A stretch of DNA of 64,000 bases from Nitrospirales bacterium (GTDB lineage: Bacteria; Nitrospirota; Nitrospiria; Nitrospirales; UBA8639): the NCBI GenBank assembly GCA_963422365.1, contig OY729426.1, positions 512,001 to 576,000 of the forward strand. The letters run 5' to 3'. The stretch's first letter is position 1. Each line of letters opens with the position of its first letter. The notes below the pieces were generated by a model, which saw only the letters and a list, made by a program, of their open reading frames with translations, ran no database searches and was not told the DNA's origin. Positions 39,293 to 51,696 of the stretch are shown here, piece by piece. The translations under genes were made by a program, and so were the position numbers.

Positions 39293-40396
39293 TTAGCTGA
39301 CTGCCATCATTCGATCAAGCGCCATCCAAGCCAAGACCTTGTCATCGCTCGGTACGGAAATCTGATTCACCACACAGCCTTGCACGAGATTTTCCATGCT
39401 CCAACACAGGTGAGCGGCATCGATACGAAACATGGTCGCGCAACGGCAGACAGTGGGGGAAAGGAAAAACACCTGTTTGTCGGTTTCTTCATTTTTCAGC
39501 CGGTTGACCAAATTCAACTCCGTTCCCACCGCCCACAGCGTCCCCGGTTGAGCCTGTTTGACCGTACGAATAATCAATTCGGTGGACCCCACCGCATCGG
39601 CTTGCTTGACCACGTCTTCGTGGCATTCCGGATGCACGATGACCTGAATGCCCGGATAGGTTTTTCGAAAGTACTCCACGTGCGCGGGGTGGAACATCTG
39701 ATGGACGCTGCAGTGGCCTTTCCATAAAATCAGGCTGGCTTTCCGGATAGCCTCTTTCGTGTTCCCCCCGTAAGGCATGAACGGATCCCATACAATCATC
39801 CGTTCTCGCGGGATCCCCATCTTATTGGCCACATTGCGTCCAAGATGCTCGTCTGGGAAGAACAGAATTTTTTCTCTTCGGGCCCAGCACCATTCCATGA
39901 CGGCCTTGGCATTGGACGACGTACAGGTGATGCCCCCATGCTCCCCGCAAAAGCCTTTGAGGGTCGCAGCAGAGTTCACGTACACCGCCGGCATGACTTC
40001 TTTTTCCACGGAAAGCACCCGCCCCAGTTCCTCCCAACACTGATCTACCTGCTCAATGGCCGCCATATCCGCCATGGAACACCCCGCGGCTAAATCCGGC
40101 AAAATCACGGCCTGATTCGAACGGCTCAAAATATCAGCGGTTTCCGCCATAAAGTGGACGCCACAAAATACCACGTAGGGGTGCTGAGACCGTTCCGCCG
40201 CCAACTTGGACAGCAATAAAGAGTCCCCTCTGAGATCGGCATGCACAATGACTTCATCCCGCTGATAGTTGTGGCCCAACACGAGCACGTGATCGCCAAG
40301 CGCCTGCTTGGCCTCGACGATCCGGCCATGCAGTTCCTCGGTTGAGATTGAGTCATACTCGGTTATGGGTACGGCCCTCGTTTCAACGGTCTTCAC
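39293..40396 (-). CDS. nadA: Quinolinate synthase
   Basis: GHNYQRDEV, FCGVHFMAE, AGCSMA, CTSSNA, CSVH, VHPEC. Confidence 0.97.
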   Translation of the reverse strand: MKTVETRAVPITEYDSISTEELHGRIVEAKQALGDHVLVLGHNYQRDEVIVHADLRGDSLLLSKLAAERSQHPYVVFCGVHFMAETADILSRSNQAVILPDLAAGCSMADMAAIEQVDQCWEELGRVLSVEKEVMPAVYVNSAATLKGFCGEHGGITCTSSNAKAVMEWCWARREKILFFPDEHLGRNVANKMGIPRERMIVWDPFMPYGGNTKEAIRKASLILWKGHCSVHQMFHPAHVEYFRKTYPGIQVIVHPECHEDVVKQADAVGSTELIIRTVKQAQPGTLWAVGTELNLVNRLKNEETDKQVFFLSPTVCRCATMFRIDAAHLCWSMENLVQGCVVNQISVPSDDKVLAWMALDRMMAVS

Positions 40397-40495
40397 ACCT
40401 GCACCTCTAATCTTGTCCTTTAATTTTTAATTTTAGAAGACGAGATCGTTGATCCCAAGTTTGTTGGACAGAAATACAAGAAAGTTCTGATTTTA

Positions 40496-41403
40496 TCAGA
40501 TCCTTGGGTGCATGCAACACCCATTTGGGGGCATGGAAGGAGGGAGGAGGCATCTCTGAGAATTTTTAGATGGGCGCAAAAAGCGTGTTTGAGGAAAGCC
40601 TGTCCTCATTTGCTCAAGCTCAATACGTGCTTCCGCCTGGAGACCAAGACAACGCCTGATGCCCTTAGTATCAGTACTCAGACGAGACTGAAGGGAAAGT
40701 TTATATGAGGAGTCCTTTTGCTTTTCCATGCTATAAGGATGAAAGTACATAGAGTCTCCCAACACGGCAGGGCGTTTAAGATGTTCGACGTTAAATTCGC
40801 GGCGCATGTAGGCAATCAGTTTATCCTGGGTGACTAAGACGAGTTTTTTATTAACATGCTCAAATGTCTGAATTTTATGATGCATTTGAATCAGGATTGT
40901 TTTTGCTGTCATCTTCCAATTTATTCCGTAAGTTCTTTCTGAATCTTCAGCCTTGTCACTTCGAGGGAGTCCAAACTCCTTCAACTGTCGTTGTCGTTCA
41001 GGCCATACCGTCCCCGTGGTATCAAGCGTTCGCAGTTCAATACCGACACAATCCTTAACCTTACCTTTTCTAGCTGATACGAAACAGTAATCAACGCTCC
41101 CACCAGGAACGGAGATTTCAGAGACAACATGAAGCTCATTTCCGGGCTCATGTGTCGTGAGTAAATGAAGACATTCCGTAAAGATTTGCTGGCGATCGAT
41201 TAGACGGGTTGGGCCAATAATAATTGGCTCAGAATGCCTCCCGTAGAGCACGGCACATGACCCAATGGCCGCACTTGGATCACTTTTACGAACTTTGTAA
41301 CATCTCTTTCCTAAAAATGGACACTGCTGTTCATTGACGGTTTTACGCCAATCTTTTTTCCACTTTCTGTCGCATATCCAAAAAGTTCTGTAACTCTGCT
41401 CAT
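40496..41403 (-). pseudogene. NotI-family type II restriction endonuclease, frameshifted near the 5' end with altered C-terminus
   Basis: CPFLGKRC.KVRKS, GGSVDY, GIEL.TLDTTG, NWKMTAKTIL.Q..HK; likely start MSRVTELFG at 41403 is out of frame with the body. Confidence 0.75.
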
Positions 41404-42536
41404 AGCAGTGATGCACATCTATGATAGGCAAGGTGAAGGTAATCCAAGAACACGTCTATTCCTATCGACTTGCGGCCGAGGTTACGAGCAGCAAACAGGG
41501 TTGTTCCCGTACCTGAAAATGGATCTAATACCACTCCACCTTCTGGACATGTGGCCAGGATAGGTATTCAGCAAAGATCAATGAAGTATGAAGCAAAGTG
41601 GCCTTCCCTGTTTTGTGTATCCTCAGGAAGAATATCCCAAACATCGCTTGGTTTACTTCCATAAGGATGATAACGCAAAAAGTAGAAACCCTTATCCTGA
41701 AGTTCTTTTGCTCGGCCTGAGACCCTTTCCCTATCGGAATGGGTTGCACGTTGTTGCCCACGAATGATCATGCGAAAGTCTGAAATTTGCCCTTCCCTTA
41801 CAGCGGTCAGCATTCGGCTAAGCTCGCGAAGAGCATCTCTTGTTTCTTCGGGAGAGAGAGCCGTTGACAACGCAATCTGGCGTTTAGTTTATATCGAACA
41901 CCTGAAACGCCTGTCGCCGAACCCACGGCACCCTTTACGATTTTGGCAGTACGCGATTTCGAACGTATCGAATCGGCATCATAGTAATACTGCGATTGTT
42001 TCACAAAGTGAAAACTATTCTCATGAGCGTTACCCAGACGATCTTTTGTGCTATCCATTCCACTCTTGACTTTGTTCCATATTACGCTGTTACGAAGTAT
42101 CCAACCTTGTTGCTCTGTGAGGTGGAAAACAACACGCCAAGGAATACCAACAAGCCTCTTCCCTTTATACGTATCCCCTATATTGAGCCAAAATGAACCC
42201 TGAGATTTCAGAACCCGTTTTAATTCGAAGAAGATAGCGGCTAAGTGACGAACGAAGTCACGATGGTTGGGTTCGAGTCCAATCCCGCCGTGCTAGTACT
42301 CACGTTTCCCGCAATATGGAGGAAGTCATTCCCCAATCTCCAGACGAATCTGGCAACTCGGAAAGCACCAACAGAGCATCACCAAGCATTAAAAGAGGCT
42401 GAATCCGATCATTTCCGAGGTAAGAGGAAAATGCCATTTGAAATTCGCGGGTGACGACAGGCACGAAATCGGCAAAAGAAATAGGGAGAACGTTACCTTT
42501 TGGACTTTTATTGGATTTTATACTGTTGCGTGGCAA
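41400..42536 (-). pseudogene. Amino-DNA methyltransferase (SPPY-type, beta class) with several stops and frameshifts
   Basis: Hand translation: GDALLVLSELPDSS..MTS/PPY, RVLKSQGSFWLNIGDTY, WILRNSVIWNK, HFA, VVLDPFSGTGTT, spread over several frames with internal stops. Confidence 0.85.
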
Positions 42537-43425
42537 CCTTCAGGGAGGACATTCCCATCTGGTGGATTGCCATAAAGCTTTAACCAACATTGCACGATCA
42601 ATCTCTGAACCAAAAGCACCTTCGACGGCATCTAAACAAGCCCCCCCTGTCCATCGAACGTAGGATAGGAATGGAGACTTATTTAAAAGAGACTGGTTGC
42701 TTATCGATGCAGGAAGGGAGAGCTAACCCCATTTATTTTACAGGTTAGCTATTCAGGAACTCGACTAGACGACTTTTAAGTCATGTTTTTCGGAAAGGGT
42801 TTTACCTTTATTGGATGATCCCTCCATTCTCTCCATTAGAGCGGGTTTGTCCCGCACTGACAATAGCCTCCTTAGTTCTCTTTTTTTGCTCCAGTTTTTC
42901 TAGGGCGTGCTTTGTCTTTTTGTCCATTTTATGTGCTAGCGCCATTGCTGCTATCTCCATTGGAGGTTGTTTTATCATCAGATAAAAAAAGTATAAATGG
43001 CTCTTCTTCACGCTCAGAGCAAACAAGCGCACCCAAGCATTCTGCTAATTTCTTTTCATGATCATTCGGATGCCTAAGACTTGCAAATAGGTCCTTTTTA
43101 GAATCCTTTTTTCATCGAGTACAGACAGCTTTTCTGGCTATTTTGCTTCGCATTGTCGGAGCGAGTTTTCAGCTTTGGCCTCTTTCCGCCCTTTTCCCTC
43201 AAAGCTTTCCACGAGCCACTGCGACAGAGTTCTGTTCAGGGATTTCTCTTTTTTGTTTGGTTTCTTGTTTTTCAGAAGGCTTGATGACTGCGTCTACAAT
43301 TGAATCGGTGTGGCAAGTAGGTTTATATCGACAGACCCATTGTTGCCTGAATGTTTAGGCACATCATAATATGTCTGGATTACACCAGACAACACGACAG
43401 AACGGGTATAGGGAGGAACCCATCA

Positions 43426-43454
43426 TTGACAAGGCGAACTGGCAAGCGTACTAT
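43426..43454 (+). promoter_or_regulatory. Sigma70 promoter of the thi operon
   Basis: TTGACA-N17-TACTAT just upstream of the riboswitch. Confidence 0.75.
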
Positions 43455-43470
43455 GTTTTCGTATGTGATG

Positions 43471-43558
43471 AGCTAGGGGAGCCGAACGCGGCTGAGAGTC
43501 TTTGTGACGAAGACAACCCTTAGGACCTGATCTGGGTAATGCCAGCGTGGGGAAGCGG
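43471..43558 (+). ncRNA. TPP riboswitch
   Basis: GGGGAGCC...GGCTGAGA...ACCCT...ACCTGATCTGGGTAATGCCAGCGTGGGGAA consensus upstream of thiC. Confidence 0.95.
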
Positions 43559-43585
43559 AGAGACAGTCTTGCTTCCTTGTGTGTG

Positions 43586-45572
<1,987 letters not shown>

Positions 45573-45619
45573 CCGCCCGAACGGAGTCGTTTTTCAATAG
45601 CCTGCTAGGAGTTTTCGCC

Positions 45620-46420
45620 ATGGACCATCTCCGGCCAGCGCCGCTGCGTGAACGAGACGTGACGCGCCACATCGCGCGCGAATTCTATAAAGCGTTTGAT
45701 CAACTCATTGAGAGTGACGTGATTATTGTGGGAGGCGGTCCGTCCGGTCTGGTCTGCGCCCATGACCTCGCAACACAAGGATTTCGTACCCTTTTACTAG
45801 AACAAAGTCTCGCGCTCGGTGGAGGCTTTTGGTCTGGTGGGTACCTCATGAATAAAGCCACCTTGTGCGAACCGGCTCACACCATCCTTGAAAGCATGGG
45901 CGTTCCGTGTCCACCCATTAAGGAATGTGCGGGTATGAGGATCGTGGACCCTCCGCATGCCACCGCCCGCTTAATTGCCTCGGCGTATGAAGCAGGGGCA
46001 AAAGTGCTCAACCTGACCAAAGTAGTGGACCTGATCCTTCGCGGCGAAGGCGTGCTCGAAGGCGTCGTCGTCAATAACTCGACAACGGAGATGGCAGGAC
46101 ACGATATGATCCACGTTGATCCTATCGCGCTCGAGTCGAAAGTTGTGGTTGATGCCACTGGACATGATGCGGTCATTGTCGGATTGCTCAACCAACGCGG
46201 TCTCTATCACACGGTTCCGGGAAATGGTGCCATGTGGGTGGCACGCTCCGAGGCCTTGGTTGTAGAAAATACCCGTGAGGTCTTTCCGAACTGTTTTGTC
46301 ACCGGGTTGGCCGTGGCTGCCGTCGATGGGTCTCCCCGTATGGGGCCGGCTTTTGGGGCAATGCTGTTGTCGGGAAAACGTGCAGCCGACCTCGTTCGCC
46401 ACAACCTGAAAGGTGAATAG
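45620..46420 (+). CDS. thi4: Thi4-family thiazole synthase (His-type, sulfide-dependent)
   Basis: GGGPSG, GGGFWSGG, HVDP, DATGHDA, PRMGP.FG.MLLSG. Confidence 0.93.
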   Translation: MDHLRPAPLRERDVTRHIAREFYKAFDQLIESDVIIVGGGPSGLVCAHDLATQGFRTLLLEQSLALGGGFWSGGYLMNKATLCEPAHTILESMGVPCPPIKECAGMRIVDPPHATARLIASAYEAGAKVLNLTKVVDLILRGEGVLEGVVVNNSTTEMAGHDMIHVDPIALESKVVVDATGHDAVIVGLLNQRGLYHTVPGNGAMWVARSEALVVENTREVFPNCFVTGLAVAAVDGSPRMGPAFGAMLLSGKRAADLVRHNLKGE

Positions 46421-46459
46421 GATTTCTCATTCACGGCACGATTGATCCTTCTTGAATCA

Positions 46460-46975
46460 ATGAATCAGCAAGATTTCATTCAACAAGGTGAAGGGCGGGA
46501 AGACGACAAGCTGACCGCCTGGGATTTATTCCAGCAAGCCTACGAATGTCAGATGAAAGGTAATCTGGATAACGCCGTCAAATTATACCGAAACTCCATC
46601 GACCTCTTTCCGACGGCCGAAGCGCATACCTTCCTCGGATGGACCTACAGCTTTATGGGTCAATTGGATGAAGCCATTGAAGAATGTCATCGGGCCATCC
46701 GGACGGACCCGGACTTTGGGAATCCGTATAATGACATTGGGGCCTATCTCATTGAACTGAACCAGTTAGATGAAGCGATCCCCTGGCTCGAACGCGCCAC
46801 CAAAGCCAAACGGTATGAAAGTCCGGCCTTTCCGCACATGAATCTTGGGCGAGTCTATGAACGAAAAGGCAACTGGGTCCTTGCCATCGAAGCGTACAAA
46901 ACCGCTGTAACGCTCAATTCCAAGTATACGCCGGCCAAGAGAGCGATGATGCGGCTGATCACCTTGATGAATTAG
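46460..46975 (+). CDS. TPR-repeat protein
   Basis: PTAEAHTFLGW, DPDFGNPYNDIGAYL and further TPR repeats. Confidence 0.88.
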   Translation: MNQQDFIQQGEGREDDKLTAWDLFQQAYECQMKGNLDNAVKLYRNSIDLFPTAEAHTFLGWTYSFMGQLDEAIEECHRAIRTDPDFGNPYNDIGAYLIELNQLDEAIPWLERATKAKRYESPAFPHMNLGRVYERKGNWVLAIEAYKTAVTLNSKYTPAKRAMMRLITLMN

Positions 46976-47026
46976 AGATTACTCAATTTTGTTCGTCGAT
47001 CGATTTTCATAAGAAAGGTATCACTC

Positions 47027-47410
47027 GTGGAACAAGAAAAAATGGTTTTCGTGGGCGTGACCGATATTTTTTTCTATACGAAAATTCGTGATGCCTTTCA
47101 ACCCGCCGGCTATGCGCTCAAGCGCATCACCTCTCCTGATGAGATCCTCGAAAAGGCCAAGACCCATGCACCAACTGCCATTGTGCTGAACATGAATGAC
47201 CCCGGGCTCGATGCCACCACCATGCTGAAGACCGCGAAAAGCGAGACGGCATTGAACTCTATCCCGATTTTGGCTTTTGCCAATCATGAAGAAGTCGACA
47301 CGTGGCGTCAGGCCAAAGAACTCGGCATCAACAAAATTGTCTCACGCAACGAATTTTCTGCCAGAACCCTGGCCCTCCTTGAAGAAGTGACCCAACCCCG
47401 CACGGCATGA
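47027..47410 (+). CDS. Atypical receiver-domain protein
   Basis: REC-like fold lacking the canonical acidic residues (VLNMND). Confidence 0.7.
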   Translation: MEQEKMVFVGVTDIFFYTKIRDAFQPAGYALKRITSPDEILEKAKTHAPTAIVLNMNDPGLDATTMLKTAKSETALNSIPILAFANHEEVDTWRQAKELGINKIVSRNEFSARTLALLEEVTQPRTA

Positions 47411-48504
47411 AACAGTCTTCCCTTCATACCGCCCATCAACAACTGGGGGCGCACTTTGGCCTTGCCGGAGAGTGGGAGATGCCACGCCATTATGGTGATC
47501 CCACTGCCGAACATCATGCGGTCAGAAAGGGCGTAGGGGTTGCCGATGTCTCGCATCGCGGAACACTGCAGGTCACGGGAGACGATCGCGTCACGTGGCT
47601 CCAAAGCATTATCAGTAACGACATTCTTCCACTCCAGTCCGGGCACTGGTTGCATTCGAGTTTCATGTCGCACAAAGGCAAGATGCTGAGCTACTTTCGG
47701 GTCTATCGGCTTGCGGAGTATCTGTTTGTGGAGGATATGGGCGAATTAGGGGCTGTCACCTACGAGGCCTTTCGAAAGTTTCTTCTCTACGGCACCAAAG
47801 CCAAAATGAAGAATTGCGGAGACACCTGGGGTATTCTTTTGGTCAGTGGCCCCAAGGCCCCACTTCTTATTCAGCAAGCCTGGGGAGTCGATGCCACCGA
47901 TTTGAGCCCGGATTCCTTCCTGACCCACGACCTGAATGGGCAGTCAGCCCTGATTGCCAACACTCAGGAAACCGGTGAGTGCGACAGAGAAATTCTGATG
48001 CCGAATGACGCCATGGACCAAGCCTGGAGACAGTTGTGGGAGGTTGGGGAAGCCTTGGCCCTACGAGCCATTGGCACGGAAGCACGAGAATCCCTGCGCA
48101 TCGAAGCGGGCATCCCCAAACTGGGACCGGATTTGAATGAACAGATTGTCCCGCCAGAAGCCAACCTCGAAGGGAAAGCCTTTAGCTTGAATAAAGGGTG
48201 CTACCCCGGACAAGAAGTCGTCGCACGCATGGACACGTACGGTTCAGTCAAACGGCGACTGGTAGGCTTGGTGATTGATTCACCGGAGAACATGGTTCCC
48301 CTTCCCCATGCCAAAGTGTTCAGCGAAGGGCGAGAGGTCGGGTGGATCAGCAGCGCGATTCACTCTCCCACCTTGAATAAAACCCTCGCATTCGGGTTTC
48401 CTCTACGAGACTTCACCGCTCCAGGCACGGCCCTCGACGTGGACATCAACGGACAACGTCAGGCCGCCATTGTACAGGCTCTTCCGTTTTACCATTCAAG
48501 TTAG
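47407..48504 (+). CDS. GcvT/YgfZ-family folate-binding aminomethyltransferase-like protein
   Basis: DVSHRG, LRIEAGIP, KGCYPGQEVVAR (YgfZ signature). Confidence 0.9.
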   Translation: MKQSSLHTAHQQLGAHFGLAGEWEMPRHYGDPTAEHHAVRKGVGVADVSHRGTLQVTGDDRVTWLQSIISNDILPLQSGHWLHSSFMSHKGKMLSYFRVYRLAEYLFVEDMGELGAVTYEAFRKFLLYGTKAKMKNCGDTWGILLVSGPKAPLLIQQAWGVDATDLSPDSFLTHDLNGQSALIANTQETGECDREILMPNDAMDQAWRQLWEVGEALALRAIGTEARESLRIEAGIPKLGPDLNEQIVPPEANLEGKAFSLNKGCYPGQEVVARMDTYGSVKRRLVGLVIDSPENMVPLPHAKVFSEGREVGWISSAIHSPTLNKTLAFGFPLRDFTAPGTALDVDINGQRQAAIVQALPFYHSS

Positions 48505-48604
48505 TCGTCATGTTGAGTTCAGTATTCTTGACTTGCTCTAGAATCTCGGGGTGAGTTATCTTGTTCACGAGGAAATCCTATCTCTCTGAATCATAGATTG
48601 ACGG

Positions 48605-49318
48605 GTGAAGATGAAGACCAGCCTTGAGTGGATGAATGTGACGTATGACGTGGATTTTGCCGCCCCGTCGTTTGATCTGCCGATTAGCAACACGAGCGTG
48701 CTCAAGGCTTTCTACGAGACGATTCATCCTCGTTTTCCAATCAACGCGCGTGACATGTACGTATCCGGGGGCAACTTGCTTTCGGACATTCATGTTCGCG
48801 TCACCCTGTTCAATGGGGATGGCGTTATCGATATATCCGTGGACAAAATGTCCCTTGTTTTCAATAACTTGAGGACGGAAAAAGACTTGAAAATCTGTAG
48901 GGACTGCATCTCGCTAAGCGAAGAGGCGTTGCAAAAATCGTTACCTGACGTGTCAGTTTGCACAGTAGCCATCAAACCTACGCTGTTTTTGGAACTGATA
49001 GGCGGAGAACAGGATGCCGGCAACCACCTGTCACGACTGCAGGGGTCAAGCATCCAACTTGACCTGAGTGCATTCGGCAACGCCACTCAGCATCCCGGAG
49101 TGAATCTTGAGGTCGAGAACTCCGAGGAAAAATGGGATGCCCTCTTTCACGCATTTCGGAATCAGATAAGGGCGTCCTCCTTGATTCTTTCTTGTCAGGC
49201 CTCCTATCGCGCAGACGGAACGGTGCGTGGACTCGAAAACCGTGCGAACCACCTGAAACAATTGCTGTTGGCGTTTCTCGACAGCATCGGCCTGAAACTG
49301 GAAAGATCGACGGAATGA
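48605..49318 (+). CDS. Hypothetical protein, first gene of the RES module
   Basis: 237-aa alpha/beta-looking ORF; its stop overlaps the next ATG (ATGA). Confidence 0.75.
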   Translation: MKMKTSLEWMNVTYDVDFAAPSFDLPISNTSVLKAFYETIHPRFPINARDMYVSGGNLLSDIHVRVTLFNGDGVIDISVDKMSLVFNNLRTEKDLKICRDCISLSEEALQKSLPDVSVCTVAIKPTLFLELIGGEQDAGNHLSRLQGSSIQLDLSAFGNATQHPGVNLEVENSEEKWDALFHAFRNQIRASSLILSCQASYRADGTVRGLENRANHLKQLLLAFLDSIGLKLERSTE

Positions 49319-50028
49319 TTGCAGCAAGAACTCTGGTTGGATCTCTCGGACAGGGACAGCTTGGAGCTTCGGGGCTGGTTCCGCGCGGCAGTTTGGTTCA
49401 GCCCGAATCACACGCACGCGCGGCAGAGACAGGTGTGGACTCACTAACATTGTCAAGGGGTAGGGCCGAGTGGAGAAAGGGCAGGGAATTTCGAAGATCG
49501 ACGCCAGCATCTGCAGCGAAGGCATCACCCTACACAGATGCACGCCCTCCCTTTCTTCCCGATCGTTTTGGACTATCGATGATCCCCTCGGACGTGGGTC
49601 TGCTCAGTAGTACCGAGTCACGAAAGGCCAGCGCATCAGCAGCATGGCCGGAAAAAGCATTCCCGTTTCGCGGCAGAATCACCGGTCCGGTCAAGTTCAT
49701 CAATCAACTCCTCGCCACGTGGCATTTGGAACCTGGGTCAGCCTGCGCCCTGCTTGGATTCGAGCCTTCTGATTCCAGATCCATCAATGACGTCCTTCAG
49801 GGTCACGTTACTCTTCGAGGGCGGGATGCAAAGGACCGAATCGCTCATCTCTTTCAAATCCGAAAGTTGTTGTCCGCGCTCTTTCGAGACGAGGCTGTTG
49901 AGAACGAGTGGCTGAGAGAACCCCGAGACATGTTGAAGGGCAAGACGCCTATGGAGCTGTTGCTAGAGGGTTCAATGGAGAATCTGCTCTTGGTGAGAGA
50001 GTACGTTGAGTTCGTAACGGGAAGGTAA
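49315..50028 (+). CDS. MbcA/ParS/Xre-type antitoxin with long N-terminal extension
   Basis: C-terminal DRIAHLFQIRKLLSALF.D....EWLREP...L.GKTPMELLLEG....L..VREYV. Confidence 0.8.
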   Translation: MIAARTLVGSLGQGQLGASGLVPRGSLVQPESHARAAETGVDSLTLSRGRAEWRKGREFRRSTPASAAKASPYTDARPPFLPDRFGLSMIPSDVGLLSSTESRKASASAAWPEKAFPFRGRITGPVKFINQLLATWHLEPGSACALLGFEPSDSRSINDVLQGHVTLRGRDAKDRIAHLFQIRKLLSALFRDEAVENEWLREPRDMLKGKTPMELLLEGSMENLLLVREYVEFVTGR

Positions 50029-50030
50029 GC

Positions 50031-50678
50031 TTGCTTGAATCGATCGCTACCGAATCGCTGCGGACGGATGTATTCCAGTTGGCGAGTCAGCTACAAGACG
50101 TAGACTTTCTTCGTGTCCAAGAATTTGATGACCAAAGCGTCGATGAGATGTCCGATTTGTTGGCATCTCTTGGTATTTCCGACACGCCTGAAGATCTGTG
50201 TGACGGACCATTCAGACCTAAACCACAACTTCAGAAAGCTGGACATCGCTCTCGTTTCTCAGACGGCTCCTTCCCCGTCTTTTATAGTTCATTGGAGCCC
50301 AAGACGGCTGAGGCTGAGATGCGATATCGGTTTCTGAAAAACGTGAGCAACCCAACACAACCTCGTACTGCCTACTATGCTCGTTTCTCATGCGACTTTG
50401 ACGGATCGATAAAGGATTTGAGGCCGAGGCATGCAGACTGGCCTGATCTCACTCACGACAGTGACTATCACTTCTGCAACAGTTTGGGAACCCAGGCAGT
50501 AGCCTCCGATCTTGATGGGCTGGTAACGCCATCCGCGCGAAGGGCCAATGGAACAAACCTTCCGGTGTTCAGGCGACGCGCCGTCAGCAATCCTGTGGTC
50601 CACGACCTTGTGGCAATGACGTTGGATCCTTCGAGCGGAGAGGTCACCGTTAGCGAGAGAGGCGTGAACGGTTCCTGA
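50031..50678 (+). CDS. RES-domain toxin (NAD+-consuming, MbcT/ParT-like)
   Basis: R-E-S triad context: SRFSDGSFPVFYSS, TAEAE, GLVTPSARR..GTN..VF. Confidence 0.88.
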   Translation: MLESIATESLRTDVFQLASQLQDVDFLRVQEFDDQSVDEMSDLLASLGISDTPEDLCDGPFRPKPQLQKAGHRSRFSDGSFPVFYSSLEPKTAEAEMRYRFLKNVSNPTQPRTAYYARFSCDFDGSIKDLRPRHADWPDLTHDSDYHFCNSLGTQAVASDLDGLVTPSARRANGTNLPVFRRRAVSNPVVHDLVAMTLDPSSGEVTVSERGVNGS

Positions 50679-50728
50679 ATCAAAATAGCAGCTTCCACGC
50701 TCTCAGCAGAAAAAATGTTTGAGGGTGG

Positions 50729-51199
50729 TTATTCCGGATGGCGTGCTAACGAAAGTTTTTGGCCAACAGCAAGGGCACTGGCTCGCTGGGCAGCATCTAA
50801 TCCCAACAAAATATGCGCTTCGTCTCCATGCTGGAGTCGCACACTTAAAAAGGAAATTTCTTCTCGCTTTTCCTCATCTTTATAGATGCCCTCAATAGTT
50901 TGAAATTTGGTGAGGTCGGCAGCGGAAAACATATCATAGCGAAAATATTGATCACCAATGACCATATCATATACCACGTTGCCTTCCGTCACGGCGATTG
51001 CATTGAAGTGTCCCTGGTCTTCATACCCTTCCGGTAAATATTGATTGATATGCAAGAAGGCGATCGGCCGTCTACCCAGAGCCAAGGCTATTTTCTTCTC
51101 CAAGGCGTCATAATCAATTTGCAAGGCGCGCTCATCTAGTCCGGTCGCCGCCAAGGCCGCCTCTTTCACTTTTTCAAAGACCTCTTTCGCTGTTGCCAC
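50729..51199 (-). CDS. Hypothetical protein
   Basis: Clean ORF with AAAGGAG RBS. Confidence 0.75.
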   Translation of the reverse strand: MATAKEVFEKVKEAALAATGLDERALQIDYDALEKKIALALGRRPIAFLHINQYLPEGYEDQGHFNAIAVTEGNVVYDMVIGDQYFRYDMFSAADLTKFQTIEGIYKDEEKREEISFLSVRLQHGDEAHILLGLDAAQRASALAVGQKLSLARHPE

Positions 51200-51369
51200 A
51201 AGTCACGCTCCTTTCTCAATCCGTTCAACACAGGCTTTTCGCCTCAATCACCCTGTCGGCTACGATAGCCAGATCGGCAGCAAGAATGCAAGTGTTTCGG
51301 CGTACCATTGCAACGCTGCATGACTGTTGGGCATACTAGGCTCAAGACTAGCACGAAGGAGTCAACAGA

Positions 51370-51585
51370 ATGAATGCTCAACATTGCATGATTGAGGGAT
51401 GTACAAACCAAGGCTATGCCCCAGCCGGAACGGGCATTGTGTGCAAAGACCATTTTTCTGATTTTGTGACCTGGCGACGAAAAAAGGGCGGCAAAGGGCT
51501 GTTTCGGAAATATAACGGCATGACGATGGTGGAACGGGATTCGATTGTCAAAGAATGGCAGAACACCCTTACCCTCCCTCACTAA
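51370..51585 (+). CDS. Small Cys-containing hypothetical protein
   Basis: AAGGAG RBS; C.IEGC...C..H pattern. Confidence 0.7.
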   Translation: MNAQHCMIEGCTNQGYAPAGTGIVCKDHFSDFVTWRRKKGGKGLFRKYNGMTMVERDSIVKEWQNTLTLPH

Positions 51586-51696
51586 CACCGTAACACCGCC
51601 CGCTAAAAGCGCTAGTCAGTAACGGCGGCATCAGATGCCGCAGCGACAATGTTGACCGGAAGAAGACGAGACTCTCACCCGCCCGTACAACTTGTT

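Noticed and set aside
42600..43400. Possible transposase remnant
   Set aside because: Lys-rich fragments with stops, but no DDE motif or terminal repeats I can support
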